DNA from: a virus
Taxonomy: Duplodnaviria > Caudoviricetes
DNA length: 39,142 bases
Direction: 5' to 3' (one strand)
Virus record (IMG/VR): IMGVR_UViG_3300009502_000110
Coordinates: 1-39,142 of that record
Position numbers and translations under genes: made by a program
Part shown: positions 35,188 to 39,142 of the stretch, one piece after another
Layout of the letters: every line of letters starts with the position of its first letter
Numbering within the stretch: the first letter of the stretch is position 1
The notes under the pieces: model-generated
The model's input: the letters and a program-made list of their open reading frames with translations, nothing else
What the model was told of the DNA's origin: nothing
The model's database searches: none

Positions 35188-35849
35188 CCCCAAAATATGA
35201 ACAGTTTGAGACACAACCGCCCGCGCTGTCTGATGGCGCGTATCTGTACGAGAAACACGCAACCATCTGGACGCCATTCGTGCGGGCGCTGATCACTGGT
35301 GTGCTGGTGGCGATCCCGACGATGTACGCGCTCAATCACTATGAGGTGGCGGATTGGCTATTTTACGGAGTGATGAGTGGATTTGTGGTGGCTTTGATCG
35401 TCTGGTGGCTGGGTATGCAATTGTGGGAGCGGCAGTGGGCGAAGATCATTAGCCTGGCTGAACATGTCACCAATGTGGATATCAATCAGGATGGCCAGAT
35501 TGGCACGGAGACCAACCACCGGGTAAACGTGGATCTGCGCACGGTGGATAACAGCCAGGACATCACTACCCGCGCATCATTTGACGTGGACGATGATCGC
35601 ATGGCGACATTTTGCGAGGCCGTGCTATCGGGGCGGAGTATGAGCCTGCCCGAATGGACGGGCGCGGGGAACCTGTTCAGCCGTCGTGAATATGAGGCGA
35701 TGATCTCCGAGATGTTGGAGCGTGGGATCATCCGGCAGCGTAACCCGAAATCACCGGCGCAGGGCTACGTTATGACACGGGCGGGTCAGGCAGCTATGAA
35801 GGTACTGGCTGGCCACTCCCCCACCCCATCGAATGGGTTTGCACGCTAA
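35184..35849 (+). CDS. Two-TM protein with DxNxDG loop and winged-helix-like C-terminus
   Basis: Two hydrophobic helices, VDINQDGQIG, MLERGII...GYVMTRAG wing motif. Confidence 0.7.
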   Translation: MTPKYEQFETQPPALSDGAYLYEKHATIWTPFVRALITGVLVAIPTMYALNHYEVADWLFYGVMSGFVVALIVWWLGMQLWERQWAKIISLAEHVTNVDINQDGQIGTETNHRVNVDLRTVDNSQDITTRASFDVDDDRMATFCEAVLSGRSMSLPEWTGAGNLFSRREYEAMISEMLERGIIRQRNPKSPAQGYVMTRAGQAAMKVLAGHSPTPSNGFAR

Positions 35850-35928
35850 CATTCGCGCGAATGTGTGAGCATGCGTGCGTGCGTGCAAGCCTGCAAGCCT
35901 TATTGTTGATGTCAGCAAAGGAAGATCA

Positions 35929-36633
35929 ATGAATAATAAATTAGAAAACACGCTTTTGAACTTTGTGGCCGGGGTCAGCCCGTGGATGGCGCCGCTGATT
36001 CCCACGTATTACGCAGCCTACAACGCCTATACCTATCTAACCAAGGGTCACGAATGGTATGACGGTCTGGCTGTGGTGGTGGTGGCGCTGGTGGTGGAGT
36101 GCATCGGGCTGGCCGGTGTGCACACGGCGATCCAGTTTTGGAACTGGAACAGAACCAAGTTGAAGACAGAAGATGAAGCTCCGCTGCGGCTGGCCGTGGC
36201 CGCGGTGGTCTTTTATGTGGTGATCATCATCCTGGTGAATGCCATGCTGGATTTCTTTCATGTTGCAGATCCGGCTTTACTTCCGTATGTGGAGATTGTG
36301 GCAGTGGCGCTGCTGAGCCTGCTGGCGCTGAATTCCGCCCTGATCGTGGCGCTGCGAGCCGGGCAGGGAGAACGTGAACGCAAGGCACAGGAAAGCAAGG
36401 CGGAAAGAACGAAATTCCGGAAGGAAAACAGCCGGAAAGTTACCGAAGAAACGACTGTTCTTTCCGGTAACTTACCGACCAACTGGCGGAAAGCCAGACC
36501 CTTCATGAGCGAGCAGGAAGTGACTGAAATCAGCCAGATGAAGACGGCTGACATCGTGAATCGTTATCACCTGGCCAGCGAACGCGGCGCGCGTAACTGG
36601 CGGGATTATGCCAGGAAGGAATTGGAGAGCTGA
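35929..36633 (+). CDS. Four-TM protein with C-terminal HTH
   Basis: Four hydrophobic helices, charged linker, KTADIVNRYHLASERGARNW; AAAGGA RBS before ATG 35929. Confidence 0.75.
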   Translation: MNNKLENTLLNFVAGVSPWMAPLIPTYYAAYNAYTYLTKGHEWYDGLAVVVVALVVECIGLAGVHTAIQFWNWNRTKLKTEDEAPLRLAVAAVVFYVVIIILVNAMLDFFHVADPALLPYVEIVAVALLSLLALNSALIVALRAGQGERERKAQESKAERTKFRKENSRKVTEETTVLSGNLPTNWRKARPFMSEQEVTEISQMKTADIVNRYHLASERGARNWRDYARKELES

Positions 36634-36634
36634 T

Positions 36635-36928
36635 ATGGATCAATCCAGCAAAACAACCCATTGGTACATCTATCGGGATGATAGACCGCGCGTGAAAGCC
36701 ACACGTGATAATCCCGCTAAGGAAGATATAAACCGGCTGGTCAGTTTCTTAGGTGAGTGTCTGTTTGATTTCAAATATAAGTCTGGTCAGCAGCCCGGTT
36801 GCATTGGCGTGCCGAGCAGCTTTCCGCAAGCGATTGAAGAGTCTCTGACCGCAGAAGGCGTGAAGATCATCCACAACCTGCCCGCCTGGGCTACCGAAGA
36901 AATCTGGATTGGCTGGGAGGAAACATGA
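36635..36928 (+). CDS. Hypothetical protein
   Basis: GGAG RBS; ATGA coupling to the next gene. Confidence 0.6.
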   Translation: MDQSSKTTHWYIYRDDRPRVKATRDNPAKEDINRLVSFLGECLFDFKYKSGQQPGCIGVPSSFPQAIEESLTAEGVKIIHNLPAWATEEIWIGWEET

Positions 36929-37296
36929 GCGAACCAATCAAGATCAGGGCCAGCGGCGGAGCGTGGCAGGCGCAGAACGGGTTGATCCTGGTGGAGTTTG
37001 AGCACAGCTTGGGCACGTACTGGCTGAAGTACGTGCCGGAAGGCGGAAAGTTCAAGAAGGCTATCCAGGATGGCATGCTGCAGTTCGCAAACGAACTGGG
37101 CGAAACTCCACAGTTTGCATTCGTCAATCCCCTCCCGGCCGGGGCCCAAGAATACATGGATATTGTGGACGGACACGGCAACGCCGTGTCCCTGCTGGTG
37201 GCGGACTGGGTACAGCCGCGGTTCGTGGTGCTGGGCCGCGGTGGGATGGAGCTGATCAGGGAAGCGCTGCAGCATTGGAAAAGGGGGAAGGCATGA
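36925..37296 (+). CDS. Hypothetical protein
   Basis: GGAGG RBS; operon packing. Confidence 0.7.
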   Translation: MSEPIKIRASGGAWQAQNGLILVEFEHSLGTYWLKYVPEGGKFKKAIQDGMLQFANELGETPQFAFVNPLPAGAQEYMDIVDGHGNAVSLLVADWVQPRFVVLGRGGMELIREALQHWKRGKA

Positions 37297-37430
37297 ACGG
37301 TTATCTTGGGTTGTTGCTGGGATTGATCTGCCTGGCAGGTTTGCCAGTAAGCGGATTTGTGCTGTGGGCGATCTGCGCGGTAGGCAGCCAGTACGATGAG
37401 CGGATGGAGAAAAGCCATGGCAGACAATGA
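37293..37430 (+). CDS. 45-aa membrane peptide
   Basis: ATGA-coupled; YLGLLLGLICLAGLPVSGFVLWAICAVG. Confidence 0.55.
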   Translation: MNGYLGLLLGLICLAGLPVSGFVLWAICAVGSQYDERMEKSHGRQ

Positions 37431-37605
37431 CATCCAGGAGATGAAGGAGTGGCTGCTGGCAAATGCCCAGCAGTCGCGCCACCCGGAATATGGTGACAGG
37501 ATCCTGGCGGCACTCGAAGAACTGAATATGCTGCGCAAGGAAACCAGTGTCTTGAAAATCTTATTACGCCTGACTGACCCGGAGGAGGAGGTGAAACATG
37601 AGTGA
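37417..37605 (+). CDS. Hypothetical protein
   Basis: GGAG RBS before ATG 37417. Confidence 0.6.
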   Translation: MADNDIQEMKEWLLANAQQSRHPEYGDRILAALEELNMLRKETSVLKILLRLTDPEEEVKHE

Positions 37606-37924
37606 TGTACCGCAGCTAAAAACCGCAGCAAAGCCATGGAAGTGCGCGGGCGGGCACGTGATGGGACAGGTCAAGTGGAAGGGACACGGCCAGAGCCAGT
37701 TGATCCTGTTCCGCGAAGCCATCGATCCGAAGTCACTGGGCAAAGAGACGTTGCTGAGTGAGCCGGAAGTGTTTGCGGTCCTGGAGGGCTATGTGACCGC
37801 CACGGTCGGGTGCTCCATCTGCGGGAAAATCCGCACCTGGGTGCCGGGTGAGGAAGCGCTGAGCAGGCTGATCGCCAGTCATAAACAGATGGTTCAAAAC
37901 CAACAAGTAGTGGAGGCAGAATGA
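37598..37924 (+). CDS. Zinc-ribbon protein
   Basis: WKCAGGH...CSICG; GGAGG RBS. Confidence 0.7.
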   Translation: MSDVPQLKTAAKPWKCAGGHVMGQVKWKGHGQSQLILFREAIDPKSLGKETLLSEPEVFAVLEGYVTATVGCSICGKIRTWVPGEEALSRLIASHKQMVQNQQVVEAE

Positions 37925-38526
37925 TCACAACCAAGGATTTGGAGACGAAGATCGACAGCCACGTGCGTTTGCACAGCGGGCTGGAAACCCGGCATTACCT
38001 GGGAATGAGCCAGGTGGCGCACTGCATCCGCGAGGCGTATGACGGTTTCATGGATGGGGGCATTGAGGACCGCTCAGACTTTGCGCACCGGATGTGCTAT
38101 GTGGGCTACCTGTTCGAGCAGGATACGCTGCGGCGCCTGCGCGAGATGCGCATTGCCACATTTAACCGGCGCGAGCTGGTGTCGGATTTCGACGACCGGC
38201 TGCGCGGGCATATCGATGGGGAGACCGTGTGGGGTGACCTGCTGGAGATCAAGAGTGTGACACGCAGCAAGTTTGAGCTGGTGTGCAAGGACAGCCGGGC
38301 ACTGCATGAGCACAATGACCAGGTGCAGCTCTATATGCGTTACGGCGGGTGGAAGTTTGCCTGGATCGTGTATGTCTGCCGGGAAAATTTTGAACATAAG
38401 GTGATCCGGGTGCGGTATGACGAAGTGCGGGCGCTGAGGCTGGAGGAGAAGGCCCGGCGCATCCTGGCGGCGATTGATGCCAGGCAGAGGCCGGAGTGCG
38501 AGTGCGGGTACTGCATACCGTTTTAA
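37921..38526 (+). CDS. Solo Cas4-like PD-(D/E)XK nuclease
   Basis: N-terminal SQVAHC, GHIDG, LEIKS, QVQLYM, terminal CECGYC (Fe-S-type 1+3 Cys). Confidence 0.8.
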   Translation: MITTKDLETKIDSHVRLHSGLETRHYLGMSQVAHCIREAYDGFMDGGIEDRSDFAHRMCYVGYLFEQDTLRRLREMRIATFNRRELVSDFDDRLRGHIDGETVWGDLLEIKSVTRSKFELVCKDSRALHEHNDQVQLYMRYGGWKFAWIVYVCRENFEHKVIRVRYDEVRALRLEEKARRILAAIDARQRPECECGYCIPF

Positions 38527-38623
38527 ATCTATTTTGAACCGCTAAGCCTCGAAGGGCGCAAAGAGAACAATACTTTCAACCAGTGGACCTGAGGGACTAC
38601 GAACCCCTATAAAGGAGAAGAGC

Positions 38624-38830
38624 ATGGCTAAATATGAGAAGATCGCGGTTTTGAAGTATGGGAAGGCTTACCGGGCGGTGGTGGATATCCCTGGGAGGCT
38701 CAGGACACAGCATTTCTCGAAGATGTTTTTCAAGACCGCTTCAATGGCGATGGCATACAGCGACAGGCTTGAGAAGCGATATTACCGGTTGAAGGCTACG
38801 CAGATTGCACAAATCAAGAAGGAGGTGTAG
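38624..38830 (+). CDS. Small basic hypothetical protein
   Basis: AAAGGAG RBS; 68 aa, Lys/Arg-rich. Confidence 0.65.
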   Translation: MAKYEKIAVLKYGKAYRAVVDIPGRLRTQHFSKMFFKTASMAMAYSDRLEKRYYRLKATQIAQIKKEV

Positions 38831-38924
38831 AATCTGCTTTGACCAGTCAAGTCAACCATGAAGGCGGCGATGTCTTTTTAAAAGGCATGGCCCAACAATT
38901 TCATATTCCGATTCATGGATAAAT

Positions 38925-38988
38925 TCCTGTAGTGGAACGTATTGCCGCCGACTTGACTGGTCCTCGGTTGTGCCCCTCCACTACGGGA
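38925..38988 (+). ncRNA. C4/CI-like antisense RNA
   Basis: 12-bp closing stem (38925-36 with 38977-88) encloses a hairpin whose loop CTTGACTGGTCC is complementary to sites at 38841-53 and 39011-21. Confidence 0.7.
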
Positions 38989-39022
38989 TTTTATTTAAAC
39001 ATGTTCAAAAGGACCAGTCAAA

Positions 39023-39142
39023 ATGAACAAGAAGATGTGGAACAAGCGCAAGTTGACGCAAGAACAGGCCGAGGAGCCAGCGATATTGGACAAGCTCAAC
39101 AGTGACGAGCTGCTGTTATGGCAGGTCTGGCAGTTGCACGCC
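39023..39142 (+). CDS. 5' part of a truncated gene controlled by the antisense RNA
   Basis: AAAGGA RBS; open to the window end (MNKKMWNKRKLTQEQAEEP...). Confidence 0.6.
   Translation, partial: MNKKMWNKRKLTQEQAEEPAILDKLNSDELLLWQVWQLHA

Noticed and set aside
38536-38562. AACCGCTAAGCCTCGAAGGGCGCAAAG, a loosely periodic motif after the nuclease gene
   Set aside because: Too short and degenerate, single copy; cannot be supported as a repeat element.
37921-39142. CRISPR array or tRNA near the Cas4-like gene
   Set aside because: No repeat-spacer periodicity; the 38925-38988 structure lacks D and T loop consensus and an anticodon arm.

Overview
The whole window is a temperate tailed phage (siphovirus-type, no sheath gene), probably most of a genome. 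Tail genes run directly into the integrase with no host DNA between them, so this looks like the excised or circular form. Order on the + strand: probable holin-type genes, TerS, TerL, portal, MuF with a nuclease-like C-terminal extension, HK97-gp10, protease/scaffold, major capsid, connectors, tail tube, frameshifted tail chaperone, tape measure, Dit, tail tip and two lectin-like fibres (1-21025). A - strand block follows: large serine integrase, small accessory gene, frameshift-split Mrr-type endonuclease and repressor (21073-25276). The + strand early/replication arm carries an RHH regulator, a second (tyrosine) recombinase, many mini-ORFs, a split DnaG primase / P-loop ATPase pair, an iteron-rich origin bounded by 17-bp inverted repeats, five consecutive membrane proteins, a Cas4-like nuclease and a C4/CI-like antisense RNA switch at the right end. 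Most notable: the antisense RNA switch; a primase catalytic motif located in the next ORF; a probable tRNA-Leu-type attP inside the integrase 3' end beside a perfect 29-bp hairpin; a dif/lox-like site and a recombinase-mimic peptide; a membrane/HTH cluster with internal palindromes; and a structured RNA in place of an immunity gene after the MuF toxin-like domain. The host cannot be determined from sequence alone; Chloroflexota is only an impression. All protein calls come from recognising motifs by eye, not from database searches.
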